Position numbers and translations under genes: made by a program. A stretch of DNA of 60,399 bases, the filler included, from Basidiobolus ranarum (Eukaryota): NCBI GenBank assembly GCA_040143965.1. It is 9 parts of 9 records of this genome, joined end to end, with 100 filler letters (N's around TTAATTAATTAA, not from the genome) between each part and the next. Parts side by side here need not be neighbours in the genome. Positions count along the whole stretch, not along the records: positions 20,203 to 26,824 come from JASJQH010008158.1; positions 26,925 to 33,545 come from JASJQH010008159.1; positions 33,646 to 40,265 come from JASJQH010008160.1; 6 more parts are not named here. One strand, given 5' to 3'. Below the pieces are notes generated by a model. The model was not told the origin of the DNA. It saw only the letters and a program-made list of their open reading frames with translations, and ran no database searches. Positions 24,929-38,553 of the stretch are shown here, in pieces (positions within the stretch are counted from its first letter, which is position 1; each line of letters opens with the position of its first letter).

Positions 24929-26339
24929 GATTGTAGATTAATAAATGAGTTAAAGTTATCTTATTCGATAGGAAGATTATTATGACTTTTGAATGAGGGA
25001 ATGCACACCTTATATATACCTGACTATTTGTTACCAAATGTGTGTTGATTAAAAAATTATCGGTTGGTCGGCTCGGACACTCGGAGGGTAGGGCACAAAC
25101 CTGAATATAAACTTCTCTTTTTCCGTATTTAGAGAACATAAATATTTCAACTTTTCCCTTGGATTTTTTGTTATTATCCATATTTCCTGAACCTATCAAA
25201 CTCGGAAAAATCATACTAAAAACTACATATGGATAAATTACAACCCAACCTTCGATGATTTAGGATTCGGAATGGGGCAAATATCTCGTTACTTGGTAAA
25301 TTACTTCAATTATATTGATTACTAGAAAATTCGGAATTTCGGATCACGTAAATCTGGTTGATCATGCAGCTTTTCAGTTCTAGAACTGGAAATAAGGGTC
25401 AAAGATAACCGAATCCTACAAGTTGGATCAATATGACCAAACACCGATTCCTGTTGCAGTATTGATAACTCAATGTATTATTTCCAAAAGATATGGCTGA
25501 TTGCCAAAAGAGACGACCAAGTGAGGGTGTACTAGCCAAGTTAGGTGAGATTGATGGAGGTGTCCGTAGTTTTTCGATAAAACGGATATATTGCTAGGAA
25601 TGATGGCGTTTTAAATGAAGATACAATATATATATATATATATATTATTCCTTTTGACACATGTCTATGGATGGTTAAATGGAATCGTTTTACCAAGAAT
25701 AAATCTTAGGATAAAGTTAGAAATATGGACGACTTCGATCTGATACTTGCTTTGTACTTGCGCATTATTGTAGATTCTATTCTGATGAATTCCTGATTGG
25801 TTTGAAATTACCTCATTCCAAGCAATCAGCGGTTTCTAATAATATTATTATTATATTGTCTGTACATAAACACTATTTTACAAATAAACCTTATCACTTG
25901 CAGAATCAAGTGTATATGGTTATGGATTATAGAGCTGTTGGAAGATATAATTCATATTAAACGGTACTGAAGCTATGATATATATAATTCTAAGTAAGAT
26001 GAAAGGCGACATTGATGTGTACTCATAACAAGAAAATTTAATCTCAGATTGCGAGAATTTAGTAGGGTTGGTGATTAATTAGATGGTCATTCAAGTAAGC
26101 TTTGAATGATGATACTAAGTGGTTAAGACAGAGTTTTGCAAGCTCCACTAAATATTTTTATATAATATTACTTGCTTTTGGAGATACTGGAACTGGTGAC
26201 CTAATCATTCATATTTCATGCTCATTCCCTAGACATTGAGCCAAGACAAATCTTATGAACTATCTTGACTATTTCAAATATTTGAAGAAAAGGTACACAC
26301 TTTCTCTGGTTTTTTGGGCCCTAGAAAGAGAGTCATACT

Positions 26340-26824
26340 GGTATTGAAATTACTCCCCTATATAAGCATATCAACTTATTCTTGATTTAATTATCCTGAA
26401 TATTGGGGATGTTTGGACCAAGTATGCTTTTTGCACATGTGGAATAGAAATGAAGTACTTGCATGTATGTTGCAAATAAAAACACTGAAGTATATTACTG
26501 AGTTACTAAACTAGTAGGATAACTATTTTGGAGAGCTTTGGAAGAGCTTGAAGCTTTGGCTTTCATTGTCTGGAGAAGATCAATAGTTGACATTATATTT
26601 TTGCCTTGATTCCATATTCAGCAAATGAATGTTAAATATGTTAAAGTATCTGGGAGCCTGTTGGAAGTGGTTTGGAGAATTAGAGGAATTGGTGGATTTC
26701 ACTTATTGAGTATTTGTTGGAGGATCTTGACATAATGGGGGTAGACTTTGTGTATTAGAAGCAACTTATGATAGTGTGTTTTAGTTAGTTTATTCTTAAG
26801 ATTATATGGTGACTTATATAGTAG
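26340..26824 (-). mobile_element. Decayed LTR-derived sequence
   Basis: CpG-free. ~26640-26715 (TTAAAGTATCTGGGAGCCTGTTGGAAGTGGTTTGGAGAATTAGAG...TCACTTATTG) matches the LTR end at 47763-47835. Confidence 0.65.
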
Positions 26825-26924
26825 NNNNNNNNNNNNNNNNNNNNNNNNNNNNNNNNNNNNNNNNNNNNTTAATTAATTAANNNNNNNNNNNNNNNNNNNN
26901 NNNNNNNNNNNNNNNNNNNNNNNN
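26825..26924. other. Artificial contig linker
   Basis: N44-TTAATTAATTAA-N44. Confidence 0.99.
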
Positions 26925-27559
26925 AGTCTGATCAAACTGTCACAATAAGGAACTGGACAAGGATTGGAAACAACAACAAGAGGCTAGAAGGCAGGAGAGC
27001 ACTTGGGTGTAGACCACAAGACAAGACAAGACTGGACAAGGGAAATACTTTGGCAAGAATCTTTATTGATAACAGGCATTGATCAGACTGAGATCTGATC
27101 AAGGAATACATGGAGCTTATATAGATATTGCAGGGTGAAACATAATATACTCTGACAAGTTCAAGTATTGGGATGGTAGGGACTACAAGGAACAATACAA
27201 AGAGGGATGCTGTAAGGATGATCTGGTGACCTTCCATGGAAGGTCTTGGTGGAAATACAATATGTTTGGGATGACTTGATTGGTTTGGTTTCATGGCATG
27301 TTCCAAAGAACATGACTTCCACATAAGGTAACCTAGATGAACTGGCACAAGATTGCCAAGAAGGGATGGCACAGCAGATATGATGTTGTAATCTAATAGT
27401 GAAAGAGTTCTATTTGAATATATTAACAATATCAATAAAAAACTCCTAATGTTGCCAATACTTATCAGTTGGAAATCTTTTCAACATTCCACTTGAATAG
27501 AAACAAATCCAACATTTCCAGTCTTTGCATTTGAATAAACACCCAGATGAGTGGATACT

Positions 27560-28896
27560 GATGGGAGTTCTGGTAAAATATGATGATATCTTGGTGTTTT
27601 CAAGCACTTTCCCAAGTGATTAAAACTGTGATCCTATCTTGAATGGTGCATTCATATTGAATTTTCCACTATAGAGCTGAGTAAGTAATAATTGAATGTT
27701 GTTGACTAGTAAGTGCATAGTGCCTAATGGGAAGCTCTGGCTCCAGCTGATCTTCTTTAGCAATATAATCTTAGGCTTACGGCTAATGCCAAGTTTGATG
27801 TTAGACTGACTATTTGGTGAATTGATATCAGTGATCATGTTGAAATCTGACCAGGCTCTAGATGGTAAAATCATGGACAAAAAATATATTACAGATGTTT
27901 TAAACAGATTGAATATGTCATAATGTCTAACAGCTTCAAATCCACTACATTAGCTGAAACTCACTCAGGATATTAAGCCAAAGATCTGTGAAGATATTGA
28001 TTCATTGAGAATATTTGTGACTGTAGTACAGTTAGAAATCTCTTGTATGCAACAACTAGTACTAGGCATGATATTGCTACAGCAGTAAGCTAAGTAAGGA
28101 GATATATGGAAAAACCTGCAATGGAACATTGGATAGCTGTGAAACAGAGAATACATTATCTCAAAGGAACAATACATCATGGAATTCATTGTAGTAAGCA
28201 GTACAACATATCACTTATTTCGGAAGGATATGTTGATGCAGACTGGACTAACAATACAAAAGAATGTAGGTCCTGAACTGAATAAGTGCTTAAGCTAAAA
28301 GGTGGGCCAATAAGCTGGATTACTAAGAAACAGCAAACTGTTGCATTCTCACCTACAGAAGCAAAGAATAGGGCTAAGGAGTCATCTCAAGGAAGCAGGA
28401 TATGAACAAGTAAACCCTACCCCAAAATATCAAGATGATATTAGTTGTATTCAGATCACCGAAAATCCTGAATATCAATCAAGGATGAAACATATTGACA
28501 TAAGACATCATTTTATACCAGAGAAAGTTTCAGACAAAGAGGTGAACCTCATTTATTGAAATACCAAAAACATGCCTGCAGTTATACTAACAAAACCATT
28601 CAAAACTTCAAGAGTTGAGAAATTAAGAACAGGCATAAGCATTAGTGAATATAAGTACAAAGCTAAATCAGAATTAAGGGAAGGTGTTGGACAATTGATC
28701 TTTATTTAATATCCCAGCTGACTTTAGTTATGATACATATTTCAGACACAACAAGCAACATATCTATGGCCCCTATATTCTAAATAGGAGTATCTCTATA
28801 TCTACAAACCAAGTGTGTCTTATTACCCTCACTTATCAATTATATCTCATAATACAAACTCCTCAATATCTCAAGGAATTTATTTACTTTTCAACT
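27560..28896 (+). mobile_element. Ty1/copia RT/RNase H relic with PPT and 3' LTR (from 28685)
   Basis: EGYVDADWTNNTKECRS, KQQTVAFSPTEA and NPEYQSRMKHIDIRHHFIPEKV, then ATTAAGGGAAGG followed by TGTTGG. The LTR end is approximate. Confidence 0.8.
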
Positions 28897-29439
28897 ATAT
28901 GAGTCTTCATATTATCTAAGGAATAAAGTAACAAAAAGACACTATCACATGTTGATTCTGATATACAAAGTCTACACCCCTTATGTCAATATCCTCCAAC
29001 ATGACACTCACTGGGCTTTGTACAGCTGGTGGCTTTGCACAGTGACCATGCTTGTAATTAATTTTTCTATATTGCCTCTGGCTTTCATAGCACAAGAATT
29101 GGTAACAATCATAGCAAGGCTTCATTGTATATTTGTGTTGCAGCATGTGAAGATATAATAGAAAAAGAACATCTACTACATTAGGATGGTACTTTACCTA
29201 TATCCCTGCAATATCATCAGCTGATTCTGAGATGGTTTTGCAGATGGGTCATTATGGGATTTACAAGATATCTCCAGTAATGGATGGCAATTTTGATTTA
29301 TTTTCAGTTAATTGTATGTAATTTCTTTACACCAAGTTTACCATCTGAATTTTCAATGCCTTTGAAAAAAAACTGAAAATCTAAATCAAAATTGTCTTTC
29401 TGGCAAAAGCCTGCAGGCAGGAAAGGAAAAGAACCAGCA

Positions 29440-32400
29440 TGAGCAGAGGACTTAGTTGATGAGCAGTCTAGTGATTCAATATCCACTTTACTAGGCATAA
29501 ACATGCTGCAAACTAACTCAGGTAACAACGAAGAATTTGTCAACTTACAAAACATGTTTCTTTCTAATACTAGTGCAAGTACAGAGATTAATATCCCCTA
29601 CTTATGTAGTTGATCAGTAGCTGAGCAGAGTTCAACAGAAATACTGCCATGACCATCAACTTCCAACCTGCCTACTTTGCCAGCTATTGAACACTTCTAT
29701 GTAGACCATTTGGATAGAATCATTATAACCAGGGGATTTCAGGCAGACAGTGTAATGCTTAGTATGCAATTGTAAATAAAAATTACAAAGGTGCTATATG
29801 GGCCATGACAAACAATTACGCAGCAATATTGCAATTAAAGCATTCTGAAGCAACTAGTCAAAAGTCAAAGGGTCACTCAGCCATGATACAAGACCTTTAG
29901 AATGCTGCACTTGAGCTACAGCAACATGCTGCTCCCTCCATCCATTTTCATTTGGGATTACAATCCATCCCACACCATGCATATGAATTTCACCATGACA
30001 ATCTAGCAGAGTGGAATATGAGTTGGACCATTGAGCCTACAAGATGACCTAAAATGCTTGAGCACATGAAAGTAGAAATCTCATGAGAAAACCAGCAAAC
30101 CAAGACACTCTGAATGTCAGAGCTACTGTCACTTGCTCCAATGATGAATGGTTTAACATTTTGGAAAGTGTGTAGAATCTTACCAAAAATCACCTTGAGT
30201 TAAGAAAATTGGGGGAAAACTAAAGACCAGTCTTTACTCGGAAGTTTCTTGACTTATTTGATGTGGCTTATCCTGGGCTTTTGCAAACAAATGGCAGTTG
30301 GGCTAGTATAGGCCCATTCATGAAACACCTCCAAAATGTATGCAATTATTGACTTGGAAAAGAAAGAAAAGCAGCCAAAGATGTACTCAAGGGGCAGGAA
30401 ATTTGTAAACCCAAGTGAATTGCAAAGGAGCCAGCGGGTTCAGGTCCTACTATCCCTCTGACCAAATTCTTCACACCATTACAAAGATTTGTAATTCCAG
30501 AGTCAAATATAACAGCAGATATACTATCAAGAAGGCTTAATTTTACCATGCAACCAAGTATAACAATTGCACAAGTGCAAAAGTTGGAAGCTGATGCAAC
30601 ACCTGGCATCTCTCAAGAAGCTAAAACACCCGCAAATAAAACCCATGGCTTTCCAATGTCAACTGGTATATTTCAAAGTGTTGGAAATAGCCCCAAACTT
30701 AAAGGCAAGTAAAAAGCCACCCAAACACTACAAAGCACACTTATTAGTTTCACACTTCAAAGATGTAAAAAATTAGTAAAAGTACTTGTAGAGTATTTCC
30801 AGATAATGAAGGCAAAAAGCAGTGTAAGTATGCAGAAAGTGACTTCAGCAGAAGATCATTCAACTTGGCATTGAGTCTTTTGTTGACCATGCAGATACCA
30901 GGGAAGAACTTAATACAGACTGGCACAAGTTTGCATGGTATCTGCCACATAGCTGGAAGAATATTGATTCAGCAACATCAATACCATGGTTGGCTTTGAT
31001 TGATATATTGCTACAAACTTTTGTTGGATATGAGCTTAACCTTGGGTATGAAGAACACCATAGAAGTATTCAGGACAATGTTTTAAAGAAACCAGGGATT
31101 TAAATTGAGATAAATTAGCATTCAAGTGGTGATTGTGTAAAATTTGTGTTACATTTTTTGCACCTGTGTGAGTCCATTGCTTTCCAAGATTATAGCCCAG
31201 CATGTTGAACTATCTTGCAAGATCTTGAAATTTCACTCCTGAAACTGACAAAATTGATTAAAATCAAATCTAACTTGACAACTTTGTGATATTAAGTTAT
31301 CATTTGATCCAAAATGGTTTTGACTTGTGAAAGTTTGCTTATAATAACAATACACAAAGTTCTGTCAGGGACAGAGGATGTAATTGATGAGCAGTAAAGT
31401 GATCCAATATTCACTTCAGAAGTCATGAACATGCTGGGAACTAACTTGACAAGCAATGAAGCATTAATCTAATAACTGGATGTGTTCCTTGCTAGCAAAA
31501 GTGCATGTGAAGAGATTCGAATCTACCATTTACCTAGTTAGTCAATAGTTGAGCAAAGTTCAACAGAAATACCATTAAGACCATCATCTTCCAAATTGCC
31601 TACTTGGTCAACTATTGAACACCCATCCATATACAATTTGAATAGAACCATTATAAGCAGAGAATCTGATGCACAACACCATAATGTTTTGTATGTGATC
31701 ATAAGTAAAAACTACTAAGTTGCAATACTGGCTATCATACACAATAATGCAGCAATATTGTATATGATTCGGCATTCTGAGGCAACTAGTCAAGGGTAGG
31801 TCACTTAACCATGATACAAGACCTTCAGAATAATGTATTTAAGCTACAGCAACATACTGCCCCTCTATCCATTCTCATACAGAATTTCCATCCTTCCCAC
31901 AACATACATATGAACATCACCATGCAAATCTAGCAGGGCAGAATATTTGTTCGACCATTAAGCCATGCACTGACCTGAAAATGTGTGGGCACATGAATGT
32001 AGAAATCTCATAAGAAAACCAGCAGACCAGAAGACTCTGAATGTCAGAGCTCCTGTCACTTGTTCTGAAAGTGACTGGTTTAACATCTTGTAAACATTGT
32101 GAAATCTTGCTCAAAATCACCTCAATTTGAGCCATTTATGGAAACCAAAGACCAGGCATTGCTCAGAAGGTTCTTGACTTATTTCATGTGGATTATCCTG
32201 GGCTTTTGTAAGCAAATGGCAGTTGGGCTACTATAGGGCTATTCATTAAATATCTTCAAAATGTAAGCAATAACTGACTTGGAAAAGAAAGAAAAGCAGC
32301 TAAAGAAGTACTCAAGAAGCAGGTAGATAACAAATCCCAGTGGAGAAGCAAAAGAGCCAGTGAGTTTAGTCTCTACTGTCCAAATTACCAAGTTCTTCAC

Positions 32401-33300
32401 ACCATTACAAAGATCTGAATTTTCAGAGCCAGATATACCAGCAGATATATTGGCAAAAAGGCTGAATTGTACCATGCAACCAAGTACACCTGTTGGAAGA
32501 GTACAACAATCAGAAGTTTATCCAGCATCTGGCACCTCATAACAAGTTAAAACACCAGCAAATATAACTCATGACTCTCCTATGTCAGCTGGTACATTTC
32601 AAAGTATTGAAATTAGCCCCACCCTTAAAGGCAAGCAAAAAGCTGCCCAAACACCATAAAGCACACTCAGTAGTGTCACACTATAAGGATGTATCAAAAT
32701 AGCAAAGGAGCTTGAGGAGAATCTTTAAAAGTACAAATTGAAAAACAAAGTGTAAGTCTGCACAAGGTTGCTACAAAAGAAGAACATTTGACTTTACATT
32801 TATTCAGGCATTGACCATGCAGATATCTGGCAAGAACTTAATACAGAGTGGAGCAATAGTACAGGATTTCCACCAGATAACTGGAAGAATGTTGATTGAG
32901 CAATGCTTATAAGATGGTGGGCTTTGATAGAGATATTGATACAAACTTTTGTTGGATATGGGCTAAACCTTGGATATGAAGAACTATATAAAAATAATCT
33001 GGAGACTATATTAACAATAGCAGAGATTTCACAGGTGACAGATTAGTGCTCAAGTGGTAAATGTGTAAATTTGAGTTATGTTTGGCACACTGGTGTTGAT
33101 CTCTATTTTTCTGAGATTATAGCTAATCATGTGCAAGTGTATGGCAAGATCTTCAAATTTCACTCCCAAATTTGACAAAATTGATTAAAATCAAATCTAA
33201 CTTGACAACTTTATAGCAGTAAGTAAATGGTCAATGCAAAATGAATTAAAATTGTGATGGTTTTCTTGCAATAATAATCCTCAAATTTCTGTCAGGGTTC
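29440..33300 (+). repeat. Tandem duplication of a ~1.93 kb unit carrying a decayed ORF of unknown family
   Basis: GATGAGCAGT at 29458 vs 31386, GAATGTCAGAGCT.CTGTCACTTG at 30111 vs 32039, and AAAATTGATTAAAATCAAATCTAACTTGACAACTTT at 31250 vs 33177. Offset is ~1927 throughout. Confidence 0.85.
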
Positions 33301-33545
33301 TTATGTTGGCCATCACAGCTAAATTGTCCATAAACATATTGAACATGGTCATAGATTACCATATCAAATTGCAAATGAAAGTTGAGTTTTCACCAAGATG
33401 TGCATTATGAGCTAGGGCTTTAACTGAAAAATTGGCAGATCTCAGGTGGATTTAGTGAGTGTGCAAAGATTTTGTAATTGGATATGAAAAACTTTATCAC
33501 AGGTTTAAAGAACATAGACTGAATCTATGCCTGTATTCAATACAT

Positions 33546-33645
33546 NNNNNNNNNNNNNNNNNNNNNNNNNNNNNNNNNNNNNNNNNNNNTTAATTAATTA
33601 ANNNNNNNNNNNNNNNNNNNNNNNNNNNNNNNNNNNNNNNNNNNN
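33546..33645. other. Artificial contig linker
   Basis: N44-TTAATTAATTAA-N44. Confidence 0.99.
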
Positions 33646-33859
33646 ATTAATAGTACTAAAAGCGATGTTTCTTTCTTCGATCTACAAGGTCAAGCTTAAA
33701 TATACGATATTAGTCACACCACCCTACACGTTTGACCAAAATTGAGGGTAAAACTTATGTATAAGGTGTGCAATATTTCTGCATATGATAATCGTTGTGT
33801 CTAGTCACTTTGACGAGGTATACTCTACGGCACATGATAACCATGATAGCACTGAAACT

Positions 33860-35260
33860 AGATACCGGAACCATCAAAGCAACTACGTATTAATGGAGCA
33901 AGTTCTACTTTAACGTTGTCACTAGTAGTCAAACACTGAGAAATGTCACTTGTTGTTATCGCAATATTTTTGGCAGAAATCCTAAGTATTGTATACTCAG
34001 GACTAGATATATCTGCAAAATAGGTATTCAAGGGATATATATTATTTGAGCAGTGTCTGAAAATCAAACCCAGCAGAATGTGTAAAGATATAGTTATTGG
34101 GGAAAGCCATCATTTAATTCTTCCACACTTTTTATGACACTGAGGGCTGCACGCATGTGTACAATGTATGAAAACGTGTGAGTCGTACTAGTGTTGCCCG
34201 CAGCTACTGGAACATTGCCTGATATACTACAACAATATTGGATATCTGTTGTACCATCTCCATCACAGCTATTATACTTCTAGTCCATATGACAACTTGA
34301 GAGAAGTCAACTAATTCTACAGTCGCATCCTCCTCTGTGCAAGTACACTCTGGAGACATTTCCATGTGAAGACCATGTATGTGTGCGAAATATCAGCTCA
34401 AGAAAGAAATATATTGGAGGCCAAGAAAGAAAAGCATAATTTTCATTTGAATCCAGGTAATGTTTTCAAATACAGTTTAGGATGAATACCATTCCAGGCT
34501 GAACTTTCAATGTCAGATATGGTATTAGGCATCTGGCGCTCGCTACACCATTTATGGGATCTCCATACTTGCTCAGTCATTAATTTGGAAAATACGGCCC
34601 CTATTGAAAAAAGAAGCATCGTTAATCCCTATTCAGATAGCTGCACATGAATGGCAGTAGGTGGAATCTAACATTGGATGCTGAGGAGATCCGATTGCTC
34701 CATTACGTTGGTGAACTTGGATAGTGATGAAGAAGTAGAAGACACATATGGACAGGGAAAATAGTAAGCCATCTTTCAAAATCAAGGAATAGATCACCCT
34801 TGGAGATTCTCTGTACTGGGTGTATATTATTCTGGAGAAGGAAGTGGTATAGGATGCTCACCGTCTCTACCCCTAATGCCATCAACATGTGGTAGAAATT
34901 GACTACGTGTACATGTACGCATATCTCCCCCAACACAGATTAACTTTGGACTGAAGACAGGGTTGAACCAGACTCCCAAATGTATCAGTTGACAAACAAT
35001 ATATACCACGGTGGCAAGTCGTGGGTTGTGTTGAACAGATTTTGCTTTGAGATATTGTATCCAAGGAAATCATACTTACACACGACGTAGCGGCATATGT
35101 AATGTAACGTAGTAAACATGGAGTAGTACTCAGCATACAGTTGATTATCTGTAGCATGGAATTCAGAAACAACAGTATTAGGGCTATGAGATTCAACTTT
35201 AAGATTGCATGGTGGTTGTGAATCACTGTAACGATATCATAATATAGATTATTCAGGGCT
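33860..35260 (-). pseudogene. Possible spliced or disrupted membrane-protein gene, unidentified
   Basis: Minus-strand exon-like pieces with hydrophobic stretches (YYSMFTTLHYICRYVV followed by GTAAGT; VYIVCQLIHLGVWFNP; ILKDGLLFSLSICVFYFFITI). No continuous frame found. Confidence 0.25.
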
Positions 35261-36689
35261 TATACCGCCAAATCGTATCTGTGTGAGGTGCTTAGCGTGA
35301 TACATGTCTCATAAGGACAATAGATTCTTATAGATGAGCCGATGAGCTTAGTCTACACTTCCAGACTTGGTTACATATTACTCGGTCTATTGTAATGGGC
35401 TCTGGTTGTTTGGTGTAATACTTCCAAATAAGTAGCATATTCATTCAAATTAAGAATTTGCGATTAAGGTAAATAACACGAGTGTTTAATTAGATAAATA
35501 GGACATTTGGCAGTTTGTTTGAGCTTTACACAAGATTTGACTCCAATCAATAGGCTGTTCTTCAGTATACTAGTAATCGGAATGTGATTTCTGAGGAACT
35601 ACCGAGATGATTGAGGTTAATCTTGTTACGTAGAAGGCGATCCATCTGTCCATACGAACCCAAACCTTTCAGAAAAGATGAGCAATAAGACTTGGTATTG
35701 ATTTCTGTAGTATTTCACGATGGTTTAGCCAGTGTACCATTACCGTGGAATTCCATCCTCTGCGCTTCACAAATCGCAATTTAGCTTGAAGGGTTGTTCA
35801 ATGGGTCGGTATACCAGTTGATTGTTGAATATGCGCGCCAAATCTAGATTCATTATCAAATTGTCTCTCAGTACGACCTTAGTTCCATTTTGTTTGAGGT
35901 TTTCGAATCGCCATGTGCGAGTTCACATTCATTTTGAGTTTGACTTGAACACTAGCGGTGAAATTGTGGGGACGTTCGGAAAATTTCGATGGAACGTTCT
36001 TTGATTGTTCTCGTCACCAAATGATATTTATGTTATATTTGGACAGCTGTCAGATTACAGCCACTTTATGAATCGCTAAAAGGAAATTGGAAAAGAATAA
36101 TGTGGTACGATGTACACGATTGGACAAAGCGTGGCTAACTCGACTTGCGGATCCTATTTATACCCAACCTAGAAGGGACATGGAGTCAGATCAATACAAA
36201 TTGAATTTAGTCAACAGAATAGATAATCCGCCAGTCTTTGCCCTGACATCTCTCCTTTGTTCCCAACGACACAATCCTAACAACCACTAGCTTGATTAAG
36301 TTACCCAAAACCTTAATGTTCCTGCACTAATATTCATAATTGAGGAATGTTTTCTAGGTCCAAATTCGACCTGGCCTTGATTTAGTAAAACCCCACTTAA
36401 GGATTTTCTTGACAAACTTATTCGTATTCCTGGCTCATTTATTAATAGCAGTATGTTGAAACATTGTGAATACAAAGAGGTAGAAAGTGATGGAGGTGGA
36501 GAGTCTTATATTACTTGAATATATCTAGTTGGTTTCTTACAGACAAAGTGTATATAGAGGGAAGTAATAAATATGCAGTAAATTCCTATAAGTTTCACAA
36601 TCCGCTATCTTCAAGAGCTTGGAAGATACACTAGCGTTCATAATTGATTTATTTTTTTGGTATCAAATTTTGAAAGCGGTATTTTTGTA

Positions 36690-37763
36690 GATATGTGAGT
36701 CGTATTGTAGCCATAATAGATATATTCACTTGCCAGTATTTGAAGAGTATGAATATCAATTTATAATGCTACTTCGCACAAAAGAAGCTTTATCCAAACT
36801 AAGAGCGAGTAAAACACAAGACTTCCAGTCACATACACCAGCTCCTATTGCAAAGAAGGCTTTGATAAGTAAAGGAAATTACAAGTACAATGGTAAAGTA
36901 GAAAACACTGGAATCGATGAGGAGTTTGCCCATTCTAAAAGCGTAACATTCTCTGGCACTGACAATGGGTTTCATACAATGACTGAAACAGCAAGCTTTT
37001 CCACGAAAAGGTTTGGATTCAGTTTTGGAGCAGGTCACTATAAATCTTGATGAGCAGTTTTCATTTTGAAGTCGTTGCACTATATAAGTATACTAAGCTA
37101 AGTCAAGAAGTTCAGAAGATGATCTCAGTAAAGAAATCATATCAAACACTCGAAATACTTGGTATGGAAAGCAGAAACATGCAAGGGATCAACCTAGGGC
37201 TTTTATTACAGTCCTAAACAAGTCAAACGTAAACGAACATGCGAACTCCAAAAGCAAAAGAATGTTGCCCGCCTCTGTGCAAAAGAGCGCCGTTAAATTT
37301 CGTCTCGTGGCAATTCCTTGCCAGTCATTTTTGTTGGAGACCAAGGGTATGATGTTGGGTATCGAATAAAGGGGCATTCAAGGCAGGGAAGTATTTGGAA
37401 AGCAAAGAAGCATATTTTGTATACATCAGTATGTGTAAAAAACGAGTCCTTTTTGCTTTGGAAAGTTGGTTCACCCAAGCAGAACCACGCCCAATACTGC
37501 CGGTAAAAAAAAGACAAAATCTATCAATGGAACTTTTGTCTGCTATAACCAAGAATGTGTTTCTGTTAAAGGCAACTCATAGTCGAGATTCCTTGTCAGC
37601 TTTAGCCATCGGCCTGTCAGGGCTTGCAATACTTCTATTTGGCGCTATGATCCCCACCTTCACTCCTAAAACCAGTCAATTCAAAACTGAGTCTTTCATA
37701 TATAAAGCCGTGACTTTCTTGAATCGAAATGTCGAAGGGCCTACCAGCGATGACGTGGAATAG
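36690..37763 (+). pseudogene. Fanzor (eukaryotic TnpB-like RuvC nuclease) relic A, C-terminal part
   Basis: RuvC-I-like VTFSGTDNGFHTMTET at 36949; VIFVGDQGYDVGYRIKGHSR.G..W; NE..FCFGKLVHP; GTFVCYNQECVS (Zn-finger cysteines); RuvC-III-like HSRDSLSALAIGLSG. Broken by frameshifts and deletions. Confidence 0.72.
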
Positions 37764-37865
37764 TTTTATAAGCATTGAACACACTTGATATTACCGGGAT
37801 TATGGATAATATCCTTACTCTTGCACAAGATTCAGTAAGTTCGGTATATGTAATATCTTGATCTT
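37764..37865 (+). ncRNA. Candidate Fanzor omega-RNA scaffold
   Basis: Directly 3' of the relic A stop, with nested complementary segments: GATATTAC (37787-94)/GTAATATC (37850-57), CTTACT (37814-19)/AGTAAG (37834-39) and an inner CTT-GCAC-AAG loop. Confidence 0.35.
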
Positions 37866-38553
37866 TTCGAGCAATAACAAGTCTAGCAAGTCGCACAAAT
37901 TCTGAGCATATTGAGTGGAATTAAATAGTTTGAATATGAGCCTACTTAACTTCAATGCTATTTGATTTGAGCCTAAATTCACTTTCCATTTTTCAGCGAT
38001 AAATAAATATAGAAATTAGAGCAGCTCTGTACATTTAGCTCATAGCAAATGTGGACTGAATATGGTACATCTGTCTAGCACTTTTCATCAAGAAGCTGTT
38101 AATTCTACAAAGAACTTTGCTGAGTACCTAGGTCTTGTTTACATCAAAATACTAGTTATATCTAAGTAATGATTGATGTTTCTTACGTCTGAAGTACACT
38201 TATTACAGGGTTTTAACCTAAAATTAGACGATTGCAAAAAATAATTAGACAATCATAGAAAACCATTCAGAGGAATGCAACTAAGCTATCTCGTTTCTTA
38301 ATCATATCCACACAATTGAGTCAACTTAGATCATGTTCAGTGAAATCAATTACGACTGATTATATGCAAATTGAATCAAGTGTAAATGCGTTACATGAGT
38401 CAATCAATAATCATATACACATTGTATGCACTTCTTAATAAATTGATCGATCTTCTTTTTACAAATCACTCTGCAAAATTCTAACACACATGTCTTCAAC
38501 AAACTAATTTGTCTTTAAAATAACCTCTCACATACATAATTTTATACTACACT

